Assembly (NCBI GenBank): GCA_005885515.1
Contig: VAWK01000022.1
Coordinates: forward strand, 27,562-91,561
Direction: 5' to 3'
From: Actinomycetota bacterium
GTDB taxonomy: Bacteria > Actinomycetota > Thermoleophilia > Solirubrobacterales > Solirubrobacteraceae
DNA length: 64,000 nucleotides
The notes beneath the pieces were generated by a model. It did no database searches. It was not told the DNA's origin and worked only from the letters and a program-made list of their open reading frames with translations. Each line of letters opens with the position of its first letter. Position 1 is the first letter of the stretch. This document shows, piece after piece, positions 22,392 through 30,536 of this stretch. The translations under genes were made by a program, and so were the position numbers.

Positions 22392-23834
22392 CTAGCTCGC
22401 CGGGGTGTGATCGGCGGGGGTCCAGAGCCGGTCCGGCGCCGCCGCGGCCGCCGGCTCCTCGGGCCGCTCCTGCCCGGGGGTCCACAGCCGCTCCCTGGCC
22501 TGCGCCTGGCCCACCGATATCGGCTGGGCCCGCGCCGCGATCAGCTCGACGGCCTTGCGCGCCGCCTGCTCCTCGCGCAGGTCCTCCAAGCGGCCGGCCG
22601 AGCGCAGCTGCTCGAGCAGCGCCGCGGGCTCGATGCCCTCGTGTTCGGCGGTTGGCGCCACCGCGCCCAGCAGCTCCTCGTCGGAGATCGTTACCCCCTC
22701 CGCCGCCACGATCGCCGTGAGCACCGCCTCCCGGCGCAACGCCTGCTCGGCCTCGGGCTCCAGGTCGGCCAGCGTCTGGGGCTCGCTGCGCCCCGAGATC
22801 TGCGCATAGCCCTCGGGCGAGATGCCGCGGCGCGACAACGCGCGCAGCATTCGCTCCCACATCTCGCGCGCCCTGGCCTTGACCAGCTCGGGCGTCACGC
22901 CGACCCGGGCCCGGGCCACCACCGCATCGAGCGCGGCCTGGCGGAACTCGCCCTCGACGCGCGCCCGCTCGAGCTCCAGCAGGCGCGCGCGGACCTCCTC
23001 GCGCAGCTCCTGCATGCCGTCGAAGCCGGCGTCGATCGCGAAGTCCTCGTCGACCGCCGGAAGCTGCTTGGCCTTGACCTCCTTGACGGTCACCTCGAGC
23101 GTCGCCTCGCGCCCGGCCAGCTCAACGTTGTCGTAGCCCGGCGGAAACGAGACCTCCACCGTGCGCGTCTCGCCAGCCTCGGCCCCGAGCAGGCCCTGCT
23201 CGAAGCCCTCGATCAGGTTGCCACCGCCGAGCTCCACCAGCTGGTCGCGGCCGTCGCCGCCAGGCAGGCGCTTCCCCCTGCCTCGGCTGCTGCCGCGAGA
23301 GCCGCCGGGCGCGAGCCAGCCGCGGTAGTCCACCACCAGGAAGTCGCCCTCGGCTGCCGGGCGCGCCGCCGTCTCCAGGCGCGCCAGCCGCTCACGTATC
23401 AGCTCGATCTCCCGCTCGATCAGCTCGTCCTCCACGACCGGCTCGCGGCGCGGCACCTCCAGCTCGTCGAAGCTGCCCAGCTCGGCTTTCGGCACGACGC
23501 CGATCTCGATCGAGAACTCGAGCCCCTCGCCGTCGGGCGGCAGCGCGCCGAGGTCCAGCTGCGGGTCGCCGACCGGGACGATGCCCGCGCTGTCGATCGC
23601 TGCCGAATACCAGCTCGACAGCGCGTCGCGGATCGCCTGCTCCAGCACCGCCTCGCGTCCGATCCGCTGGATCACCAGCGGCGCCGGCACCTTTCCGCGC
23701 CGGAAGCCCGGCAGCTTCAGCTCGCGTCCGAGCTGCCGCGCCTTGCGCTCGATGCTCCCCTCGAGCTCGCCCGGCGCCACCTCCACCTGCACCCGCACGC
23801 GCGAGTCCGCGAGCTCCGTGACGGTGGTCTTCAC
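22392..23834 (-). CDS. tig: Trigger factor
   Basis: [20 protein letters not shown]-terminus, GFRRGKVP ribosome-binding motif and FKBP-like middle domain. GTG at 23834 is preceded by GAGGAG. Confidence 0.9.
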   Translation of the reverse strand: MKTTVTELADSRVRVQVEVAPGELEGSIERKARQLGRELKLPGFRRGKVPAPLVIQRIGREAVLEQAIRDALSSWYSAAIDSAGIVPVGDPQLDLGALPPDGEGLEFSIEIGVVPKAELGSFDELEVPRREPVVEDELIEREIELIRERLARLETAARPAAEGDFLVVDYRGWLAPGGSRGSSRGRGKRLPGGDGRDQLVELGGGNLIEGFEQGLLGAEAGETRTVEVSFPPGYDNVELAGREATLEVTVKEVKAKQLPAVDEDFAIDAGFDGMQELREEVRARLLELERARVEGEFRQAALDAVVARARVGVTPELVKARAREMWERMLRALSRRGISPEGYAQISGRSEPQTLADLEPEAEQALRREAVLTAIVAAEGVTISDEELLGAVAPTAEHEGIEPAALLEQLRSAGRLEDLREEQAARKAVELIAARAQPISVGQAQARERLWTPGQERPEEPAAAAAPDRLWTPADHTPAS

Positions 23835-24073
23835 GCGCTGCTCCTCGAGGCGCCGGACACGTCCGCCACGATACCGTGCCGCCGCATGAGCGCCGGCAGC
23901 CGCCAGCGGCCGGGCAGGCGGCTCGAGACCTGGCTCTGGACGGGGCCGCTCGGGCACCTGCTGGGCGGTGCCGCCGATCTCGCAGCGGCGCTCTGCGGCT
24001 ACGGCTTCAGGCGCGCACGACGCGCTCTCCGCCGGGGCCGCCGGCGCCTGCGGGCGGGCCGCGCGCGGCGCGT

Positions 24074-24162
24074 CAGCCGACCCGGGCGCTGAGCTTCAGC
24101 CTCAGCCGACCCGGCGCCGCGCTTCAGCCTCAGGTGACCCGGACGCTGAGGTTCAGCTTCAG
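24074..24162. repeat. About 3 contiguous imperfect copies of a 27-30 bp unit (CAGCCGACCCGGnCGCTGAGCTTCAGCCT)
   Basis: Unit starts were read at 24074, 24103, 24133 and 24160. Each unit has a GCTGAG/CTCAGC-type short inverted repeat. The array lies between the USP stop and the tig upstream region. Confidence 0.7.
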
Positions 24163-24866
24163 GCGCTCAGCGGCGCGGGCGTGCGCGCGAAGGGCAGCGT
24201 CGCGCCGCGCGGCACGACCAGCACGGAGCTCCTCGCCACTTCCATCAGGTGGACCGCCGAGGAGCTCAGCCAGATCTCCCCGGGCGCGGCACCGGCGCGG
24301 GAGTCGAACACGAGCAGGTCGGTGTCCTCGCCGGCGACCGGCTCGACCGTGCCGTCGAGCGCACCCGCGAGCGCCTCGGCCGTGGCCCTTGCACCGCCGT
24401 TGCCATCGCCGACCGCGACGATCCGCCGCAGCCGCGCGCGCTCCCCCTCCCGCGCGAGGCCCGCAGGAGCGATCGCGATCGCGGTGTGGCCGCCTTCGAG
24501 CAGGCGCTGGGCCGAGTTGCCCACGGCGATGTGCCCCTTGGCGGTGTGGGAATCCGAGCAGAACACGATCACGTCGGCGCCCTCCCGCTCGGCCAGCGCG
24601 CGCAGACCCTGGGGGGTCGAGCGGTCGGTGACGACGTGGCGAGCGAGCGATTCGGCCTCGGGGGCGCCGAACAGGGCGGCGCCGCGCCGCAGCAGCTCCT
24701 GCGCCTCGTGCTGGGCGAGCGTCTCGCGGTTGCGGTCGGGCTCGTGCGTGTGGCGCACGTAGGCCAGCGACACCTCCGCGCCCGCGCCCGCGAACAGGCG
24801 GCCGAGGGCGATCGCGTCGTCCTCGTTGGCGGTTCCGTCGTAGGAAACGATGATCTTGGCTGACAT
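24159..24866 (-). CDS. Universal stress protein (tandem USP domains)
   Basis: MSAKIIVSYDGTANEDDAIALG and two USP-like halves. ATG at 24866 has AGGAG 8 nt upstream. Confidence 0.8.
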   Translation of the reverse strand: MSAKIIVSYDGTANEDDAIALGRLFAGAGAEVSLAYVRHTHEPDRNRETLAQHEAQELLRRGAALFGAPEAESLARHVVTDRSTPQGLRALAEREGADVIVFCSDSHTAKGHIAVGNSAQRLLEGGHTAIAIAPAGLAREGERARLRRIVAVGDGNGGARATAEALAGALDGTVEPVAGEDTDLLVFDSRAGAAPGEIWLSSSAVHLMEVARSSVLVVPRGATLPFARTPAPLSA

Positions 24867-24983
24867 GGCTTCGCTCCTGTGGAGGGGTTTGTGCTCCGCT
24901 GTCCGCTCCTCTTCGCCTCCATGATGGCGCGGTCCTCCCATCAGCTCCAGTGATGTTAGTGATCGATGATATAAGCTGCGCTG

Positions 24984-25910
24984 ATGCTCAGCCCGAGCCG
25001 CCTGCGGGTCCTGCGCGAGGTCGCCCACCGCGGCTCCTTCTCGGCCGCCGCGCAGGCGCTCTCGTACACGCAGTCGGCCGTCTCACAGCAGATCGCCGCA
25101 CTGGAGGCGCAGACCGACATGAAGCTGCTGGAGCGCCATCCCCGCGGCGTCAGCCTGACCGCCGCGGGCCAGACGCTCGTGCGCCACGCCGAGGGGATCC
25201 TGGCGAGCCTGGACGCGGCCGAGGCGGCCCTGTCGGCGCTCGCCGGCCTACGCGGCGGACGCCTGCGGATGGCCTCGTTTCCCACCGCCGGGGCGACGCT
25301 GATGCCGCTCGCGATCGCCACCTTCCGCGCCGCCTATCCCGAGGTGGAGCTGACGCTGGCCGAGGGCGAGCCCGAGGAGATCGTGCCGCGCCTGCGCGCC
25401 GGCGAGCTCGACCTGGCGCTGCTGTTCGACTTCGCCGGCGAGGTGAGCGCGCAGGACGGCATGACGCTGGTGCAGCTGCTGGAGGACCCGATGTACCTGG
25501 CGCTGCCGCGCAGCCACCCGCTGGCCGGCAAGCAGAGCCTGCGCCTGCAGGACCTGGGGCGCGAAGCGTGGATCCAGACATCGAGCTCCAGCCCCTGCGC
25601 GCGCCACGTGGTGCGCTGCTGCCACGCCGCCGGCTTCGAGCCCAGCGTCACGTTCGAGAGCGACGACTATCAGACGGTGCAGGGACTCGTGGCCGCCGGC
25701 GTCGGCGTCGCCCTCATCCCCGAGCTCGCCCTGTCGGGCCTACGTGAGGACACCGTGATCCGCGCGCTGGCGCCGCGCCCGCCCGTGCGTCGCGTGATCG
25801 CGGCCGTGCCCGCTGGCGCCCGGCTGGTCCCGGCCGCGCCGGCGATGCTGGGAGCGCTCGAAGAGGCGGCGCGCCACTACGAGACGCGCAGAGGGCGCCC
25901 GGCAGCCTAG
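24984..25910 (+). CDS. LysR-family transcriptional regulator
   Basis: N-terminal wHTH LRVLREVAHRGSFSAAAQALSYTQSAVSQQIAALE plus a substrate-binding domain. It is divergent from the USP gene. Confidence 0.9.
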   Translation: MLSPSRLRVLREVAHRGSFSAAAQALSYTQSAVSQQIAALEAQTDMKLLERHPRGVSLTAAGQTLVRHAEGILASLDAAEAALSALAGLRGGRLRMASFPTAGATLMPLAIATFRAAYPEVELTLAEGEPEEIVPRLRAGELDLALLFDFAGEVSAQDGMTLVQLLEDPMYLALPRSHPLAGKQSLRLQDLGREAWIQTSSSSPCARHVVRCCHAAGFEPSVTFESDDYQTVQGLVAAGVGVALIPELALSGLREDTVIRALAPRPPVRRVIAAVPAGARLVPAAPAMLGALEEAARHYETRRGRPAA

Positions 25911-25929
25911 TGGCCGGGGCGCCCTCTGC
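25888..25929. terminator. Strong GC hairpin spanning the lysR stop codon (possibly a bidirectional terminator)
   Basis: GCAGAGGGCGCC (25888-25899) is perfectly complementary to GGCGCCCTCTGC (25918-25929), with extra inner pairs. There is no U tract. Confidence 0.45.
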
Positions 25930-26200
25930 TTGCTCTCACCCGCGAGCAGCTTGAAAGAGCCGGCTCAGTTCCCGTCCGGCCCGCTGCGCCCCCTCGGCGC
26001 TGCCCGGGCTTCGCAGCCCGCGCATCCCGTTTCTTTAGCATCGTCGCCATACCCCGACGAGACTTGTCCTCCCTCGGGCGGTGTGACCCTGGCCCGAGCG
26101 GAACGCCTCCCCTGCGCGTCCGTCGGGCTAGACCCTCACCGTTGAGGATCGTTCCTGACCACTGCTCGCCGGACCTCCGCAAAGGTCCCCGAGCGCAGCG

Positions 26201-26229
26201 AGCATAACGACGCGCCGCCAATGTGTCAA
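26201..26229 (-). promoter_or_regulatory. Sigma-70-like promoter candidate firing toward lysR on the minus strand
   Basis: The minus strand reads TTGACA (26229-26224), a 17-nt spacer, then TATGCT (26206-26201). No annotated gene lies downstream on that strand. Confidence 0.3.
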
Positions 26230-26326
26230 GTCGGAGTTTATGCCGTCAAGGGAAGGTTTACAGCCCCGCCCGCAGCCCCGCCCGCGCGGCGATGTCGTCC
26301 GCGACGGGTGCGATGCTGCCTGGCCC

Positions 26327-27664
26327 GTGACGATCGCGTTGTTGATACTCGCGCTGCTCGTGGGCGCCGCGTGCGCCGCCGCGCTGGCCCGCCGCCGCCA
26401 GGCCCGGCGCGACGCCGAGCGGCTGCAGGAGCGCCAGCGGATCCGCGACGAGCTCAAGTCGATCTCCGTGGACGTGCTCGCACAGACCGGCGCCTCGCTC
26501 GCGCAGCGGCTGGAGGACCAGCGCCGCGCCGAGCAGGAGCGCGCGGCCGGCGAGATGGCCAGCCGCGCGGCGGAGATCAAGGGGCTGATGCGCCCGGTGC
26601 AGGAGAAGCTGGGCAGGATGGAGAGCGAGATCGGCCGGCTCGAGCGCGAGCGGCGGCAGGCGCAGGGTGAGCTCGCGCAGATGCTGCGCCAGCTCGGCGA
26701 CGGCGTGGGCACGCTGCGTCAGGAGACGGGCAACCTCGTGTCGGCGCTGAAGCGGCCCGCCACCCGCGGCTCGTGGGGAGAGATCCAGCTGCGCAACGTG
26801 GTCGAGATGGCCGGCATGGTGTCCCACTGCGACTTCCTGGAGCAGAGCGCGATCGCGACCGATGACGGCTCGCTGCGCCCCGACATGCTCGTACGACTGC
26901 CGGGGGGCAAGCTCGTGGTCGTCGACTCCAAGGTGCCGCTCGACGCGTACCTGTCGGCGCTCGAGGCGGCAGACGAGGACGAGCGTGAGCTGCACATCGC
27001 GCGACACGCCAAGCAGACGCGCGAGCACATCGGCAAGCTGGCGGCCAAGAGCTACAGCGGGCAGCTCGACTGCACACCCGAGTTCGTCGTCATGTTCGTG
27101 CCCTCCGACGGCATCTATCAGGCCGCGCTCGCCGCCGACCCGGCGCTGATCGAGCACGGCGTGCAGCAGCACGTGCTGCTCGCCACCCCGACCACGCTGA
27201 TCGGGCTGCTGTGGGCGGTGCACTACGGCTGGCGCCAGGAGCTGATCGCCGAGTCGGCGCGCGAGATCGCCGACGCGGCGCGCGAGCTGCACCGCCGGCT
27301 GGGCCGCTTCTCGGAGCCGCTGGCCAAGGTCGGCCGGCAGCTGGACTCGGCGGTAGGCGCCTACAACGAGGCGGTCGGCTCCTTCGACCATCGCGTCGTG
27401 CCACAGGTGCGACGCATCGAGCAGGCGGGCGCCGCCTCCGAGCGCGAGGTGCTCGCGCCGCCGGCCGTGGAGAGCAGCGCGCGTCCGCTCACCGCGCGGC
27501 TTCAGTCCGATCCGCACGCGCGGGCGGGGCAGGGTCCCGCGCTCGTGCCGGCGGCGCCGGCGCAGGCCAGCCCCGCCGATGACGAGCAGGCTCCGCCGCG
27601 GCTGGAGCTGGCTGCCAGCGAGCCGGACGCCGGCGGCGGCGAGCGGCGAGCACGAGCAAGGTGA
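26327..27664 (+). CDS. rmuC: DNA recombination protein RmuC
   Basis: N-terminal TM, coiled coil and RmuC core (LKRPATRGSWGEIQLRNVVEMAG, VMFVPSDG). A GTG at 26327 gives an MTIALLILALL start; the track ORF starts at 26240. Confidence 0.85.
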   Translation: MTIALLILALLVGAACAAALARRRQARRDAERLQERQRIRDELKSISVDVLAQTGASLAQRLEDQRRAEQERAAGEMASRAAEIKGLMRPVQEKLGRMESEIGRLERERRQAQGELAQMLRQLGDGVGTLRQETGNLVSALKRPATRGSWGEIQLRNVVEMAGMVSHCDFLEQSAIATDDGSLRPDMLVRLPGGKLVVVDSKVPLDAYLSALEAADEDERELHIARHAKQTREHIGKLAAKSYSGQLDCTPEFVVMFVPSDGIYQAALAADPALIEHGVQQHVLLATPTTLIGLLWAVHYGWRQELIAESAREIADAARELHRRLGRFSEPLAKVGRQLDSAVGAYNEAVGSFDHRVVPQVRRIEQAGAASEREVLAPPAVESSARPLTARLQSDPHARAGQGPALVPAAPAQASPADDEQAPPRLELAASEPDAGGGERRARAR

Positions 27665-28448
27665 GCGCCACCGGCACGGTGGCCGGCAGCTCGTCGACGA
27701 GGAAGAACAGCAGGTCAAAGCACACCGCCAGCAGCGCCGTGAGCGCGGCGGCGCGACGCTGCACCGCGCCTCCGGCCGCGAACGCCAGCAGGCCGCCGAG
27801 CGCCGCGGCGGCGAACAGATCGCCGTAGCCCATGACCGCGCGGCCGAAGGCCGCGCTCTGCAGACGCGGCAGGCCGGCGGCGGGGTGGGCGGCGTTCAAG
27901 GCGTTGTTCGGCTTCTGCAGCAGATCGGACACCACCAGGGCGGTGTCAGCGGCCGCCATCGCGACGATGCCCGCGGCCAGCCAGCGAGGGGGGGTCACCC
28001 ACGCCAGCAGCGTGCCCAGCGCCACGCAGCTCAGCGAGGTCAGCACCACCGCTGCGGCCTCGCCGGCCAGGCCGCCGCGGTCGGCCCACGCGAGCGCGAA
28101 CAGCGCCGCCACGGCCGCCGCCACGAGCGCTCCGCGGCGGCGCGGCGACCACCAGCTCAGGGCCAACAGCGCGAGCATGGGAACCGCCACCAGGGCCACG
28201 TACGTGAGCGCCTGCGCGCTCGCCCTCTGCGCGGCCGTGGCGACGAACACGAACACGAGCACCGACGCCGGCGGGATCGCGGCCCAGCCGCGCGCCTTCA
28301 GTCGCGCGCGCAGCGCGGCGGCGCCAGGCCACGCCGGGTGGGCAGTGCGCGGAGGGGCGGCGAGCGCGCGCGGCATCGCCACCACGGCGCCCTGCACGAG
28401 GGACAGCACGCCGATCGAGATCCAGAATGGAGCCACGGCCTTCAACAT
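27489..28448 (-). CDS. Polytopic membrane protein with presenilin/SPP-like motif order (D, GxGD, PA-x)
   Basis: ATG at 28448 (MLKAVAPFWISIG). There are about 8-9 hydrophobic segments, with IVAMAAADTALVV, then VMGYGDLFAAAALGG, then DELPATVPVAL. The upstream part of the 556-aa track ORF is antisense to the DsbA-like gene. Confidence 0.6.
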   Translation of the reverse strand: MLKAVAPFWISIGVLSLVQGAVVAMPRALAAPPRTAHPAWPGAAALRARLKARGWAAIPPASVLVFVFVATAAQRASAQALTYVALVAVPMLALLALSWWSPRRRGALVAAAVAALFALAWADRGGLAGEAAAVVLTSLSCVALGTLLAWVTPPRWLAAGIVAMAAADTALVVSDLLQKPNNALNAAHPAAGLPRLQSAAFGRAVMGYGDLFAAAALGGLLAFAAGGAVQRRAAALTALLAVCFDLLFFLVDELPATVPVALTLLVLAARRRRRPARWQPAPAAAEPARHRRGWPAPAPPARARDPAPPARADRTEAAR

Positions 28449-28454
28449 ACGCAC

Positions 28455-29189
28455 ATGAACGCCGCCCACCACCCCGCACCGCGCCCGCGGGCACGCCTGT
28501 ACCAGCTGGGCGCGCTGATCGTCACCGCCACAGCCGTCACGGCCGTGCTGGTGGCGGTCCTCACCGCCGGCAGCACCTCGCAGCTCGCGCCCGGCAAGCC
28601 GGTGCCGGGCGCGCGGCAGACGCTGGCGCTGCTCGCCGGCATCCCCCAGCACGGGATCGCGCTGGGCGACCCGCGCGCGCCGGTCACGCTGGTCGAGTTC
28701 GGCGATTTGCAGTGCCCGACCTGCGCCCAGTTCGCGACCGGCGCGCTGCCGGCGATCGTCACCCGCTACGTGCGCAGCGGCCGCGTGCTGCTCGTCTACC
28801 GCGGGCTCGATCTGATCGGCGCCGACTCGCGCCGCGCCGCGCAGATGGCGGCCGCGCTGGCCCAGCAGGACCGGCTGTGGCAGTTCGTCGAGCTCGCCTA
28901 TCGCAACCAGGGGCTCGAGAACAGCGGCTATGTCACCGACACCTACCTGCAGGCGCTCGCCGCGGCGATCCCGGGCGTGAACCTCGGGCGCGCGCTCGCC
29001 GCGCGCAGCTCCCCGGCCGCGCGCGCCCAGCTCGCCGAAGCGCGCGCGCTCGCACGCCAGGCGCACGTCTCCTCGACGCCCGCGTTTGAGCTCTCGCGCC
29101 CCGGCCAGCCGCCGCGACGCTTCTCCCCGCCGGGGATCGACGCCGCCTCGTTCAGCCACGCGCTCGACGCCGCGCTCGCGGGCGCCTGA
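28455..29189 (+). CDS. DsbA-family thiol:disulfide oxidoreductase, membrane anchored
   Basis: TM anchor LGALIVTATAVTAVLVAVL and thioredoxin-fold active site FGDLQCPTCAQF. Confidence 0.8.
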   Translation: MNAAHHPAPRPRARLYQLGALIVTATAVTAVLVAVLTAGSTSQLAPGKPVPGARQTLALLAGIPQHGIALGDPRAPVTLVEFGDLQCPTCAQFATGALPAIVTRYVRSGRVLLVYRGLDLIGADSRRAAQMAAALAQQDRLWQFVELAYRNQGLENSGYVTDTYLQALAAAIPGVNLGRALAARSSPAARAQLAEARALARQAHVSSTPAFELSRPGQPPRRFSPPGIDAASFSHALDAALAGA

Positions 29190-29218
29190 CGCCGGCCACG
29201 GGCGTACCTGACTGTACG

Positions 29219-30497
29219 ATGAGCAGCGTGAACGCGCCCGTCGCGCAGGCGCCGCCGATCCTGCATCTCTCCTCGGTCGTGGGCAGCCCGCTGCGCGATG
29301 CCGATGGCGAGCGGCTCGGCACGGCGGAGGACGTCATCGTTCGCCTCGGCGGCGCCGGCTACCCACCGATCACCGGCTTTCTAGTCAACGTTGCCGGGCG
29401 GACCTCCTATCTGGGGGTGGACCGCGTGTCGGACATCGGCGCCGGTGTTGCGCAAGGCCAAGCTCGACCTGCGCCGCTTCGAGCGCCGCCCCGACGAGGT
29501 GCTGCTGCGACGCGACGTGCTCGACCGGCAGCTGATCAACGTCGAGGGCGCCCGCCTGGTGCGGGCCAACGAGATCGAGCTGGCGCACCTCGGCGGCTCA
29601 TGGCGCGTGGTCGGCGTCGACACCGGCCCGCGCGGCGGCCTGCGCCGCCTGCTGCCCAAGCGGCTGGGCTCGCGCATCGCCACCGGCGAGTTCCTCGACT
29701 GGGCCGGCGTGGAGCCGTTCGTGGGACACGTGCCGACGGTGCGCCTGCGCGTGCCGCACCCAAAGCTGGCCAAGCTTCACCCGGCCCAGATCGCCGATCT
29801 CGTGGAGGCGGCGTCGCGGCGCGAGGGTGAGGAGATCATCCAGGCCGTCGGCGACGACGACCGCGAGCTCGAGGCGGACGTGTTCGAGGAGCTCGACGAC
29901 CACCACCAGCGCGAGTTCCTCGAGGACCGGACGGACGCCGAGATCGCCGAGATCGTGTCGCGCATGGCCCCCGACGACGCCGCCGACATCGTGGGCGAGC
30001 TCGACGAGGAGCGCCGCGAGCCGGTGCTCGCGCTGCTGCCCGTCAGCCACCGCGTCAAGGTGCGCGCGCTGCTCGGCTATGACCCGGCGGAGGCGGGCGG
30101 GCTGATGAGCCCCGATTTCCTGCTGCTCGGCCCCACGACCCCCGCCGCCGACGCGCTGCAGGCGGCGCGCCGCTCGACGATCGCGCCCGAGCTCCTTACG
30201 GTCGTCTTCGTCGCCTCGCCCGACGGCGCGCTGCAAGGCGCGGTGCCCGTCACGGCACTGCTGCGCGCCGAGCCGGCGCAGCGGCTGGAGGCACTGGTCA
30301 AGCACGAGATCCCGTGCCTGTCGCCGGATGCCTCCTTCGAGGAGGTCGCCCGGCTGATGGCCGACTACAACCTGACCGCGATCCCGGTGGCCGACGAGCA
30401 CGAGCGGATGGTCGGGGTCGTCACGGTCGATGACGTGCTCGAGGCGATGCTTCCGCGCGGCTGGCGGCGGCGCTTCGGGCTGTTGGGCGAGGACTGA
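29219..30497 (+). CDS. PRC-barrel / MgtE N-terminal domain / CBS-pair protein with no membrane domain; reading frame interrupted near 29444
   Basis: Frame 1 (from 29219) encodes a PRC-barrel-like LSSVVGSPLRDADGERLGTAEDVIV. Frame 2 (from about 29445) encodes LRKAKLDLRRFERR, the acidic MgtE-N helices (DAEIAEIVSRMAPDDAADIVGELDEERR) and two CBS motifs. Confidence 0.75.
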
Positions 30498-30536
30498 ATA
30501 GACTGCGGCGCGTGAGCGTGGCAAACGGACAGTTCG

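Noticed and set aside
24074-24162. Possible CRISPR array, because of the roughly 29-bp repeat length.
   Set aside because: The repeats are contiguous with no unique spacers, there are only about 3 copies, and no cas genes are present in the window.
24867-24983. LysR T-N11-A operator in the USP/LysR divergent spacer (around GTGATCGATGAT).
   Set aside because: Only a 6-bp ATCGAT core is palindromic. That is too weak to call without comparative data.
25907-26221. A 104-aa minus-strand ORF, and its internal 47-aa basic ORF MATMLKKRD..., in the lysR-rmuC spacer.
   Set aside because: It has poor G/C third-position bias for this genome, an Arg/Gly-rich composition and no SD. The longer ORF starts upstream of the only plausible promoter.
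25911-26326. tmRNA, RNase P RNA or SRP RNA in the long lysR-rmuC spacer.
   Set aside because: There is no GGGG...tRNA-like ends or tag ORF (tmRNA), no GAGGAAAGUCCGGGC core (RNase P), and no GGUCCGGAAGGAAGCAGCC helix-8 motif (SRP). It is kept only as an unclassified sRNA candidate.
27489-28448. VKOR or DsbB-type oxidase partner for the adjacent DsbA-like protein.
   Set aside because: The membrane protein has only two isolated Cys residues and no CxxC motif or loop Cys pair, so a disulfide-relay role is not supported by the sequence.
27489-29159. The 556-aa track ORF taken as a single protein.
   Set aside because: The first roughly 236 residues are antisense to the DsbA-like gene and are Arg/Gly-rich nonsense. 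Hydrophobic, codon-biased sequence begins at the ATG at 28448, which was used instead.
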